From positions 3,843 to 35,842 of the forward strand of contig JADFSZ010000002.1 in NCBI GenBank assembly GCA_022560555.1: a stretch of DNA of 32,000 bases. Reading direction: 5' to 3'. The translations under genes were made by a program, and so were the position numbers. This DNA comes from PVC group bacterium (GTDB lineage Bacteria > GCA-001730085 > JADFSZ01). This document shows, piece by piece, positions 17,201 to 24,866 of the stretch (positions are counted from its first letter, which is position 1; each line of letters opens with the position of its first letter). Under the pieces are notes generated by a model. The model was not told the origin of the DNA. It did no database searches and saw nothing but the letters and a program-made list of their open reading frames with translations.

Positions 17201-17791
17201 TTGCCCGGAAGAAATCGTAAATGTTTTGTTTGCGTTAAACGTGACATTATTGAATACGGCACTGCCCGGACTGATCGTGAGGTTATTCGTATCAAATTCC
17301 ACGGTCCCCGAATTATGTGTAAACGTTCCGGAAGAAAACGTAAAAGCTTTAGCACAAAACATTGTCCCGGACGTGGATGTAAAACTAGCACCGTTCACAG
17401 TGAATGTTCCGTTCACATCAATCGTGGAGGACCCTCCGGTAAATGTTCCGCCCGTAAAAGCGGCATTCCCTGTTCCGACGGTAAAGCTGTTCGCCCCTTG
17501 AGAAAGCGTTGTTGTGTTCCCGCTTTGCATGTCGAGGCCTCTCACATTGACCGTTTGATCAACAGTGCAGATTCCTCCGCCGGAGCTGCCGTCAAAAAAC
17601 GCCTTATCCGACGACCCGGGTACGGATTGATTTCCCGCCCCTCCGGACATGTTTGACCAATGCGCGGTGTCCGACCAATTCCCGGTCCCTCCGATCCAAT
17701 AGCGATTCGCGGCCCATGACTCGCGCGGACAAAACGCAATAACCAAAAAGACAAAAAGAAAAACCTTTTTTGAAAAAAACCCTTTTATCAT
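14207..17791 (-). CDS. 1194-aa secreted beta-helix-like / Ig-like repeat protein (candidate exoprotein or adhesin)
   Basis: Sec signal peptide MIKGFFSKKVFLFVFLVIAFCPRESWA/A. Residues about 30-508 are G/T/S/N-rich short repeats (GGTFTGGSSTIDVNGTFTVNGASFTSTSGT..). Residues about 648-1180 form five units of roughly 105 aa that share xFTxTVTAxD..G....NYxGTxxxTV. I see no recognisable C-terminal anchor or sorting signal. Confidence 0.7.
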   Translation of the reverse strand: MIKGFFSKKVFLFVFLVIAFCPRESWAANRYWIGGTGNWSDTAHWSNMSGGAGNQSVPGSSDKAFFDGSSGGGICTVDQTVNVRGLDMQSGNTTTLSQGANSFTVGTGNAAFTGGTFTGGSSTIDVNGTFTVNGASFTSTSGTMFCAKAFTFSSGTFTHNSGTVEFDTNNLTISPGSAVFNNVTFNANKTFTISSGQTLTVNGTLNLTDGTVNTGTLGSKGAINLATTFDGGSATLDISGTSAQTFTGGGSASTGECPAVNINKSSGTLTLASIIRTGSDWTYTQGTVDAGSSTVVFADNNLNITGSMSFNHLTFDSGGGNKTVTIGAGTTLTITGTLSLTNYTINGGTLAPEGNVTVGASADGGTTSLSLTATGDQTITGNSGGDFQDNLTINKSSGTVTLTGTCTGIQNITVTAGTLDFDGGFTYTIDNADTVSVASGAAINFTGSSGSLVTLKSDQNNSAWTLNVNTGATYQADFVDVKDSNATGQDIFATNSTDSGGNTNWFFVPGTLTSTDVEPDSLSAGAEGLVTISFTTANVIPINGLIVIDFPSGFNGTGSDTVSSASGIDGSFSVATSNGDGTNDVITITRSGGTKVSSSTAVSFQINSITNPSSAGSTGTYSIKTQTLGGSITIDQDTAVSADIIIDAISQIVFTTSPQTLVQNQISSVITVQTQNSSGDAVNVSSDTVLDLTSSSAQGTFSDNSSFATTITQITISSGQSTAEFYYRDSQVGTPTLTASENPSQGWTDATQQFTISTNVNSFSVTVSSPQIAGTNFTITITALDNTGGVFTGYSGTANMTVSFVSPDSGLATLGVTSTSAFVEGVATLTNQTFSDCGTITITATDASDPTVTGITGNILFVPFDFTVVGTELDDTASALHTVNKPFTLTVTARNAAGVPCPNYLGSTTLTVNTISPAADQSGALNTTTLSSTNWTNGVAVITDMIYDKWGTITITSTDTTLTTQTGISVEITFIPKDLLLTLSAIPAFRTYFYIDEEFSAIVTARDFNDASISNYQGTVTFAGDDLALPDDYTFTAVDAGIHLFETSAGSDEIETTLTVTDTVHTTVTGDSEAITIKQGTIQVISTSGPVGTVSVNVQLLDANGEILLQDSATIFIIVLEEFLADNASATSPAETIAVSVSQGKATIAVTDDEAETVTVTPTSDPILIPQDGTVQFGTVSRTGVGVQLYREIP

Positions 17792-17837
17792 TTTTTATGT
17801 TTTCTTGTTTATTTTGAAAGGGGTCGTGAAATTTTAA

Positions 17838-19544
17838 TCAGACATCTCGGGTAACTCTCAAGACTTCACTTAAACTTGTCAGACCCTGCAGAACTTTTTC
17901 AACACCGTTTTGCTGCAAGGTCTTCATTCCCGTTGATTGGGCCGCGGCTTTCACCTCATGAGCGGGAGCCTTTTGGTCAATGAGTTCTTTAATCCGGTTA
18001 TCCGTAAGAAATATTTCGAAAAGGCTTGTGCGTCCTTTGTATCCTAGTTTGAGGCAGGCTTTACACCCTTCGGCCCGATAAATTTTCTTCCCCTCAAGCT
18101 CTGTCAACGTACCGGCCATTCCGGCCCAGTCGCTCGGATGCGGTATAAATTCTTTTTTGCATTTCGGACACAATTTTCTCACAAGTCGTTGGGCCGCGAC
18201 GCCCAAAAGAGACGCTGAAATCAGGTACGGCTCAATTCCGATATCCACCAACCTGGCGACAGCCGCCGCGGCATCATTGGTGTGCAGCGTGGAAAAAACA
18301 AGGTGACCTGTCAACGCGGCATGAATGGCGATGTCGGCGGTTTCTCTATCCCGGATCTCTCCGATCATGATGATATCCGGATCGAGCCGAAGCATGGAAC
18401 GCAGCCCCGTCGCGAATGTGAACCCGGCCTTGGCATTGACTTGCGCTTGATTGACCCGCGGGATCGTGTATTCAATCGGATCCTCCAGGGTCACAATATT
18501 TTTTTTCAGATCATTGATGGTGTTTAAAATCGCGTACAGCGTTGTGCTTTTTCCCGTTCCTGTCGGGCCTGTGACTAAGATCATTCCGTGCGGCCGGTTA
18601 ATAAGATCCTTGATTTTATTAAGGTCATCGCCTTGAAATCCCAATTGATCAAGGTTCATGATGCCTTGAGATTTATCCAAAATGCGTATGGACACGTGCT
18701 CGCCGTACAGCGTCGGGAAGGTTGCGATCCTCAGATCGACTTCTTTTCCAGAGATGTTTGTCTGAACACGCCCGTCCTCCGGCAAACGGCTTTGCGCGAT
18801 ATCCATCTCGGCTAAAATCTTAATGCGGGACACGATCGCCCTGTACAATTTTGCCGGGGGTGGTTTCACGTCATGAAGAATTCCGTCAATCCTCATCCGG
18901 CAATACGTCGTTCTTTCATGCGGCTCGAGATGAATGTCACTTGCGCCCGATTTCACGGCATCCTCAATGATCTGATCAACGATTTTTTTCACCACCGCCT
19001 GTTCCACATCATCAACAAACGAAGGCGTTTTTTCTAAAACTGCTTTGTCGCCTTGGGATGGTCCCTGAGGGCTTGTTGGAGTCTGTAGAGGGGTGATCTT
19101 TTGTGTCGGCACACCACCATAAAATTTATCAATGGCCGCTCTAATGCCTGACGGGGTCGCGATCATCGATTTAATTCTTAGATTTCCTGTCAGCTGGGTT
19201 ATTTCATCGATCAGGCTAATGTTAAGAGGATTGGCCATGGCCACGTTTAACGTTTGTCCGAGCTGAAAAACGGGAATCACCTCCAGGCGACGCGCCTCCT
19301 CCTCAGGAATTAAGGTTAGGGCCTCCTCCTCCACCTGGTAAGTTGATAAATCTATAAAAGGGAATCCGAGCTGATCAGAGAGAATTTTGGCAATATCTTC
19401 TTCAGTCGCGAATTGATTGCGCACAATGATCTCTCCGATCTTTTTATTGGTCCGCTTTTGCTCTCGGAGCACCTCATCCAGCTGAACCTGGGTGATGATG
19501 CCTTGTTCAACCAAAATTTCTCCGATCAATCCTCGTTTGGCCAT
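17838..19544 (-). CDS. GspE/PilB/MshE-family type IV filament assembly ATPase with MshEN-type N-terminal domain
   Basis: 568 aa. Walker A is LVTGPTGTGKSTTL, with Asp/His boxes and a tetracysteine cluster (CPKC..CKAC). The N-terminus LIGEILVEQGIITQVQLDEVLREQ-KRTNK-KIGEIIVRNQFATEEDIAKILSDQ is two 24-residue MshEN-type motifs separated by 5 residues. Confidence 0.9.
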   Translation of the reverse strand: MAKRGLIGEILVEQGIITQVQLDEVLREQKRTNKKIGEIIVRNQFATEEDIAKILSDQLGFPFIDLSTYQVEEEALTLIPEEEARRLEVIPVFQLGQTLNVAMANPLNISLIDEITQLTGNLRIKSMIATPSGIRAAIDKFYGGVPTQKITPLQTPTSPQGPSQGDKAVLEKTPSFVDDVEQAVVKKIVDQIIEDAVKSGASDIHLEPHERTTYCRMRIDGILHDVKPPPAKLYRAIVSRIKILAEMDIAQSRLPEDGRVQTNISGKEVDLRIATFPTLYGEHVSIRILDKSQGIMNLDQLGFQGDDLNKIKDLINRPHGMILVTGPTGTGKSTTLYAILNTINDLKKNIVTLEDPIEYTIPRVNQAQVNAKAGFTFATGLRSMLRLDPDIIMIGEIRDRETADIAIHAALTGHLVFSTLHTNDAAAAVARLVDIGIEPYLISASLLGVAAQRLVRKLCPKCKKEFIPHPSDWAGMAGTLTELEGKKIYRAEGCKACLKLGYKGRTSLFEIFLTDNRIKELIDQKAPAHEVKAAAQSTGMKTLQQNGVEKVLQGLTSLSEVLRVTRDV

Positions 19545-19587
19545 AGTGATTTTGTCCTCTTTGATGACTCCGTTTTTATTCTTGTGT

Positions 19588-19986
19588 CTAAATCGCGGTG
19601 TATTGGATTTGCACCGTTCTTTGGACGCGGTTAAATTCTCCCGTTGCCGTGATAGTCGCGTTTTGAAAATCGTGTTCAGCCCAAAAATAACCTTGATCCA
19701 ATTCGGTTTTCACAATATTGCCGGTTCCGTTATGATCAAGATCCGTGTCGTATCTCAATTCCCAAATGGATTTCGCAATCCCCGCTTCCGCGAGATACAA
19801 AGCCCGAAGCCGATCAAATTGCATCTGCGAATAAAGAATGCGGGAATACAGTATCGCCACAAGAGCCGTTCCTAAAAGCGCGAGAAACGTTAATATAATA
19901 ATCGTCGTAAGCAAAATCACCCCCCGGTTTCGGAGCGTATGTCCGTTGCGACAAAGCCGGGTTTTACCATTCCAATGGAATCTCAC
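19588..19986 (-). CDS. PilX_N / GspK-like minor pseudopilin-like protein
   Basis: The hydrophobic N-terminus RNRGVILLTTIIILTFLALLGTALVAI resembles the PilX N-terminal domain. The track start at 20112 is a TTG inside the upstream pilin gene. The only plausible start is the GTG at 19986, so the start is uncertain. Confidence 0.45.
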   Translation of the reverse strand: MRFHWNGKTRLCRNGHTLRNRGVILLTTIIILTFLALLGTALVAILYSRILYSQMQFDRLRALYLAEAGIAKSIWELRYDTDLDHNGTGNIVKTELDQGYFWAEHDFQNATITATGEFNRVQRTVQIQYTAI

Positions 19987-20446
19987 CTTTAATATCTCCC
20001 CATGTGTCGTCCAGAGGCTGATCGATATTAATAAACACGTCGGCCTTATCCGTATAATACACCCATCCGCCGTTGCGCTTTCCCGGACGATCTTTTGATT
20101 TAAGATCGACAAACAGGGAACTGCCGGATTTGGCGCTCATCATTTCCAGAGGAAGTTTTTTCAGATACGGTTTTTCGATCCCCGCGTCCGTGTAGGTTTT
20201 CTCTAAAAGATCATTCAAGCTCTTCGGATAATATCCTTCTTTGGCGCGAAAGAGCATGATGCGGGTACGCAGTGTGTCCAGATTGGCTTTGGACGCGGCT
20301 ACGCGGGCCTCTGTGTCAAACCCGATAAAATTCGGAATCATGGTCGCGGCTAAAATGGCAATGATCGAAATCACGATCAAAAGTTCAATCAATGTAAATC
20401 CCCGACGGCCAGCGGGGGAATATTTAAGAAATGTTCGTCTCATCAT
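19964..20446 (-). CDS. GspG-like major pseudopilin (prepilin-type N-terminal domain)
   Basis: Motif RRG/FTLIELLIVISIIAILAATMIPNF, then ASKANLDTLRTRIMLFRAKEGYYPKSLNDL, typical of T2SS GspG-type pilins. An AAGGAG SD lies upstream. Confidence 0.8.
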   Translation of the reverse strand: MMRRTFLKYSPAGRRGFTLIELLIVISIIAILAATMIPNFIGFDTEARVAASKANLDTLRTRIMLFRAKEGYYPKSLNDLLEKTYTDAGIEKPYLKKLPLEMMSAKSGSSLFVDLKSKDRPGKRNGGWVYYTDKADVFINIDQPLDDTWGDIKGEIPLEW

Positions 20447-20496
20447 TCTTCTCCTTATTTCTTTTAACGAAACAGTTTTTTCAATAAAACAGTTTT

Positions 20497-21720
20497 TTAA
20501 TGAAATAATTTAATCAAATTAAAAATCGGCATCAAAATAGATAGAGCAATAAAAGCCACGACCCCACCCATCACGAGGAGCAAGGCCGGTTCTAAAATGG
20601 TGGCCATATTTTTCAGCGCGTACTCAACTTCCCGATCATAGAAGGTGGCTGCTTCCTGGAGCATTTGATCCAATGATCCGCTTTTCTCGCCCATAACAAC
20701 CATCTGTGTAACAGCCTGAGGAAAAATGCCGCTGGTGATCAAAGGTTCGCTCAATGGGGCGCCTTCTGAAATCGCGAAACGGATCCCTTCCATTTTTTTC
20801 GCGATAAACTGATTCCCGGCGACTTTCTCAACCGTCATGAGGGCTTCCGTGATAGGAACACCCGTATGGAGCAAAACTCCCAGGGTTCGTGTCACACGCG
20901 CAACGATCCCTTTCAATTGTAACGATCCAAAAAGAGGTATTTTCAAAATCCAAGTATCCACACGCAAGCGCCCATGGGCGGTTTTGATATACCGTTTGAT
21001 CCATAAGACCGCCAAGATTACGGCCGCGATCGCGCCAAACCAAAATCGTCGAAAAAAGAGGCTTGCCCCAAGCAAAAATTGCGTGGACAAAGGCAGATCT
21101 GTATCATACGCTTCAAAAATGACCGTGAATTTTGGAACCGTATTGACCAAAAGGAACCCGACGATACCGATTGCGGCCAGAGCTAAAAACACCGGATAGG
21201 TCATAGCCGTCCGGATTCGGATCTTAAACTCATATTCACGCGCGTACATGTCCGCCGTTCTTTCCAAAACATCATCCAGGATTCCGCCGGTTTCTCCAAC
21301 ACGGACCATACTCACGAACAGATCCGTAAAAATATCCGGATGTTTCCTCAAGGACTCCGAAAAGGAGTCTCCTCCTTCTAAATCTCTCGCGACTTTGCCG
21401 AGAGTTTTCTTCAATTTTCGATTCTTGGTTTGCTCTTCTAAGCTTTTAACGGCACTCACTATGGGAATTCCGGCTTTTATGAGGGCTGCGAGCTGCCGGG
21501 TTAAAAAAACAATCTCGGTTTTATGAGACTGGGTCAGGATCTGATAGACATCGTTCCACCACTCTTTCAGACCTCTTTGTTTTGTTTGGAGGGAGATGAC
21601 GCTGTACCCCAAAGAACGCAGCCTCACGGCCGCGGCCATATCATCCTGGGCTTCAATTGTTGATGAGAACATTTCTCCGTCCTTATCACGGACTTTGTAA
21701 AAAAAGAGAGGCATTGTCAA
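20497..21720 (-). CDS. GspF/PilC-family inner-membrane platform protein
   Basis: 407 aa. N-terminus FFYKVRDKDGEMFSSTIEAQDDMAAAVRLRSLGYSVISL, two T2SSF repeats and three TM segments. There is a 4-nt overlap with the secretin stop. Confidence 0.9.
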   Translation of the reverse strand: MTMPLFFYKVRDKDGEMFSSTIEAQDDMAAAVRLRSLGYSVISLQTKQRGLKEWWNDVYQILTQSHKTEIVFLTRQLAALIKAGIPIVSAVKSLEEQTKNRKLKKTLGKVARDLEGGDSFSESLRKHPDIFTDLFVSMVRVGETGGILDDVLERTADMYAREYEFKIRIRTAMTYPVFLALAAIGIVGFLLVNTVPKFTVIFEAYDTDLPLSTQFLLGASLFFRRFWFGAIAAVILAVLWIKRYIKTAHGRLRVDTWILKIPLFGSLQLKGIVARVTRTLGVLLHTGVPITEALMTVEKVAGNQFIAKKMEGIRFAISEGAPLSEPLITSGIFPQAVTQMVVMGEKSGSLDQMLQEAATFYDREVEYALKNMATILEPALLLVMGGVVAFIALSILMPIFNLIKLFH

Positions 21721-23372
21721 GCCCCTCTTCGTCTTTTCATGAATTTACGGTTTTTGGAAAGGATTTTTTTATCGATCTGTTTTAACAATTTTTTGGCTTT
21801 CCTGATCAGAGAAGACTCCGGATATTCATGAATGAGTTCGACCAACATGGCTTGCGCGGCCACCAGATCATCAAAATATTTATAGGCTAAGTTCCCGCCG
21901 CGAAAGAGGGCTTCCGGTGTTTTCTCGCTTTGGGGATATATGGACACGATCTTTTGATATCGCCTGAGGGCAAGAACCATCCGGTCCCGTCGATCTTTAT
22001 TACGCGAAATGATCCCGCGCCCTTTTTCCAAATCGGCAGCCTCTTGCCACAATTGATGCACCAGAACCTGTTCACCGGTTTCTTTAATTTGAACAAAAAC
22101 CTCCCGGGGAATTTCCGGGCGCTGGTTTCCCGGTGAATCCCTATACTTGATTATCGTTGGGGTGATAAACACGACCAATTCCGTTGACGTCGTGTCACTA
22201 CTTCTGTGCCGAAAGAGTCGTCCCAGGATCGGAATGCTTCCCAGGATCGGAATTTTTCCCTTAATGCTATCCTCCTGGCGCTTAATGAGACCTCCGATGA
22301 CAATCGTCTCTCCGTCTTTCACAACAATCGTGGCATCCGCTTCCCGGGTGGCCACACGCGGACCGGCCTCCAACTCTGCGGTTAAGGATGAAACCTCGGG
22401 ATGAACGTACATTGTGATCCAGCCGTCGGGAGAGACCCAGGGCGTCACTCTCAGTGTGGTTCCGATATCGACAAATTTTGTTGTTTCCGTTGTTCCGGTT
22501 GTCGTTTGAGTTTTCTCTTTATAGGGAAACCGTTCTCCGATAATGATCCGGGCTTCTTTTCCGCTGAGAGTCATAATGGAGGGTGATGCCAAAAGATGGG
22601 CTTTATTATCTCTGATCAAGGCATCAATCGTGGCCGTGGCGGTGATTCCTTTTGTTGCAAAGGACGTTAATTTGAGTTGACCGCCGGAAAGGGTTGAGGA
22701 AGGGCCTGCCATATCTCCGCTTCCTCCCAAATCAAAAAACCGGCTTTGAACGGTCCAGCTAAAGCCTGCGTTTCGACTATCTTGCTCGGTGATGTCAATC
22801 AATCTGGCTTCGATCAGGACTTGAATCGGCGGTGTATCCAATTCCTCCAGGGTTTTTCGTAAATTCTCGATGTACGCCGGATAATCCGTGACCACAAGCG
22901 TGTTGTTCGCTTCATTCACCCGAATCTTTCCAAGAGAAGACAGTCCATCCGTTAAGAGACGGCTCGCGTCATGCGCGTTTAAATAGTTCAGGACTACGGT
23001 TTCTGTTGTCACACGCACACCGTCGACTCCAGGGCTCGGCGTGATGTAAATCAGATTTCCTTTTTTGATATAGGTGTATCCATTAATGCTTAAGATCACC
23101 TGAAGAGCTTCTTCGACCGTCACATTTGTCAACGGGAAAGACACGGTCCCCTCAATATTTTTGGGGGCCACCAAATTTAAGTTGTACGAATAGGCAAGCG
23201 ATCTTAAAACGCTGGTAAGAGACGCGTCCTGAAAATCGAGCGTGATCAATTCTTGATCCATTTCATGGCTGATGGTGTCCTCCGTTGCTAGCACCACCCC
23301 TGCGGGGGGCATCATGGAGAGGAGCAAGACCAAACACATCATCTTGCCTAAGGGTATTATGCGTGCCGACAT
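21717..23372 (-). CDS. secretin (GspD/PilQ/MshL family) with a 141-aa C-terminal TPR-like extension
   Basis: The ATG at 23372 is preceded by AAGGAG; the track start at 23417 is TTG. The protein has a signal peptide, an N0-like domain (ITLDFQDASLTSVLRSLA..EEALQVILSINGYTY) and a secretin core ending GKIPILGSIPILGRLFRHRSSDTTSTELVVFITPTII. An extra tail follows, with RRYQKIVSIYPQSEKTPEALFRGGNLAY..LVELIHEYPESSLIRKAKKLL. Confidence 0.85.
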   Translation of the reverse strand: MSARIIPLGKMMCLVLLLSMMPPAGVVLATEDTISHEMDQELITLDFQDASLTSVLRSLAYSYNLNLVAPKNIEGTVSFPLTNVTVEEALQVILSINGYTYIKKGNLIYITPSPGVDGVRVTTETVVLNYLNAHDASRLLTDGLSSLGKIRVNEANNTLVVTDYPAYIENLRKTLEELDTPPIQVLIEARLIDITEQDSRNAGFSWTVQSRFFDLGGSGDMAGPSSTLSGGQLKLTSFATKGITATATIDALIRDNKAHLLASPSIMTLSGKEARIIIGERFPYKEKTQTTTGTTETTKFVDIGTTLRVTPWVSPDGWITMYVHPEVSSLTAELEAGPRVATREADATIVVKDGETIVIGGLIKRQEDSIKGKIPILGSIPILGRLFRHRSSDTTSTELVVFITPTIIKYRDSPGNQRPEIPREVFVQIKETGEQVLVHQLWQEAADLEKGRGIISRNKDRRDRMVLALRRYQKIVSIYPQSEKTPEALFRGGNLAYKYFDDLVAAQAMLVELIHEYPESSLIRKAKKLLKQIDKKILSKNRKFMKRRRGA

Positions 23373-23391
23373 ATGTGTCTCCTTTTTCGTA

Positions 23392-24279
23392 TTATTCCGG
23401 ACGATACGATAAAACAATATCTGAGATACCGTCCGTTAAAACGATTTGGTTCCGAGTAATTTTTTTAATCGTTTTTTTATCGATGGCGTCTCCCACACGG
23501 TACACCCGGCCATTAATAATCACTGTGGGATTTTTTCCCGTTGGGATCACCCCGCTGATATGATATGTTTCTTCCTGCCCGGAAACCGCTTTTGGAGACG
23601 GCCCCTGGATGTCGCTCACGAGCGGATTTCGACTCATTTGAATTTCAGGAATATCTTGAACTTCTGCGGGGCCTTGATCTTTTATGGCTTCTCCTAACAA
23701 CGTAGACAGTGTCAGTTTGATTTCGGCTCTACCTTGAAAGCCGTTCTCCATTTTTTCCATAACCATTTCATTCGGTTTCAAGAATTGTGATAAAGCTTCC
23801 AGGCGATAAAGATAGTTCACAAGGCCCGGATAATCCGCATGAAATATCATCTCCACATCCAGACGGGAATATTCTTCCAACGGATCACCCAGTTTGGGTT
23901 TAATGGAAATCAAATCAATCGGGTATCCCTCGGCTTGGCGGGCTATTTGACCCAAAATTTGCGGAATGCTGCCCTGCCGGGGCAGCTCGGCCTCTACATC
24001 GGCTAACTCGGACATAAGCCATTTGTACCGTTCTTGATCCGCTTGAAGGGCCTCTTCTTCTTTTTGAACATTCGGGGTCTCGCTTTGAATCCTGATCCTT
24101 TGATTGTCCAATTGAAGTGCGTGGGCTTTCAAGTCCCTGAGGACGGCTGCTCGCGGTTTATAAGAAAACCGGACATAGGCGCTAAAGATAATCACAAGCG
24201 CTAAAAGGCCCAGAAGCATTTTTCTCTGCAGGGTCTGCGCGTGAAATCCTTCGATAAGCTTATGTGTTTTTTTTGTCAC
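23392..24279 (-). CDS. PilO-like protein fused to a PilP/GspC-HR-like C-terminal domain
   Basis: 295 aa. A TM helix and coiled coil are followed by a PilO-like core (LPRQGSIPQILGQIARQAEGYPIDLISIKP..ADYPGLVNYLYRLEAL). After a linker comes YHISGVIPTGKNPTVIINGRVYRVGDAIDKKTIKKITRNQIVLTDG. Confidence 0.6.
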   Translation of the reverse strand: MTKKTHKLIEGFHAQTLQRKMLLGLLALVIIFSAYVRFSYKPRAAVLRDLKAHALQLDNQRIRIQSETPNVQKEEEALQADQERYKWLMSELADVEAELPRQGSIPQILGQIARQAEGYPIDLISIKPKLGDPLEEYSRLDVEMIFHADYPGLVNYLYRLEALSQFLKPNEMVMEKMENGFQGRAEIKLTLSTLLGEAIKDQGPAEVQDIPEIQMSRNPLVSDIQGPSPKAVSGQEETYHISGVIPTGKNPTVIINGRVYRVGDAIDKKTIKKITRNQIVLTDGISDIVLSYRPE

Positions 24280-24866
24280 AATGCCCCGGTTGACATCAAT
24301 ATATGCGTTGTTACCTCAAAATTAATAAGAGGTCTTCCGTCCAAATCGGTTTTTTCGGTATAGTTAAAACCCGTGCGTTCAAAAGTAACTGAAGTATCCA
24401 GGCGCTCCATAAACTGACTCACTTTGATATTGTCCAGCGTTGTGCCGATAATGGTGATCTGGTTTTGATCCAGCATCATTTTATCGATCCATAAATCCGA
24501 CGGAACATATTCAGAGAGGGTTTTTAAAACTTCAGAAAAATCGATCTGACGGCTTCGGGACATTCGAATGACTCTCAATTTTCCTTCAAGACGCTTACTA
24601 TTCTCCCGGATCCGTTTTCTTTGCTCCTCGGCTTTAGTTACGGCGCTTTGTTGTTCGATCAGATTTGCTTCATCATTTTGTATGGCTTTTTGCTGCCGGG
24701 GGATGCGGATACGCAGGCTCATTATCCACAGGGACTGCCCCAGAAAGACAAGCCCCATGATGACAAAAACACTGATCACACCAAACCATATGCGATTTTT
24801 CGGCAAAGTCCGCCATTCGGCTTGTTTTTTTGAAACGCTCCTCGTTATGAGATTGATCCGTCTCAT
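24276..24866 (-). CDS. PilN-like assembly protein
   Basis: 196 aa. The N-terminal MRRINLI motif is followed by a TM helix, a coiled coil and a ferredoxin-like C-terminal part. It has 4-nt overlaps with both neighbouring genes. Confidence 0.7.
   Translation of the reverse strand: MRRINLITRSVSKKQAEWRTLPKNRIWFGVISVFVIMGLVFLGQSLWIMSLRIRIPRQQKAIQNDEANLIEQQSAVTKAEEQRKRIRENSKRLEGKLRVIRMSRSRQIDFSEVLKTLSEYVPSDLWIDKMMLDQNQITIIGTTLDNIKVSQFMERLDTSVTFERTGFNYTEKTDLDGRPLINFEVTTHILMSTGAL

Noticed and set aside
14207-17791. The 1194-aa protein as an autotransporter, a T9SS cargo or a sortase substrate.
   Set aside because: The C-terminus (..VQFGTVSRTGVGVQLYREIP) follows directly after Ig-like repeats. It shows no beta-barrel-sized domain, no LPXTG and no recognisable CTD by eye. 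Operon context favours the adjacent machine. This needs HMM confirmation.
23373-23417. N-terminal ORF-track extensions. These are the secretin to 23417, the large pseudopilin to 13756, the SxtJ-like gene to 8505, the PilX_N-like gene to 20112, the REC gene to 27833, HK1 to 31958 and pilM to 26167.
   Set aside because: Reading the codons shows these starts are TTG or GTG, overlap the preceding gene and lack SD sequences. Downstream starts with AAGGAG- or GGAG-type SD sequences give proper signal peptides or prepilin leaders. The PilX_N-like and pilM starts remain uncertain.
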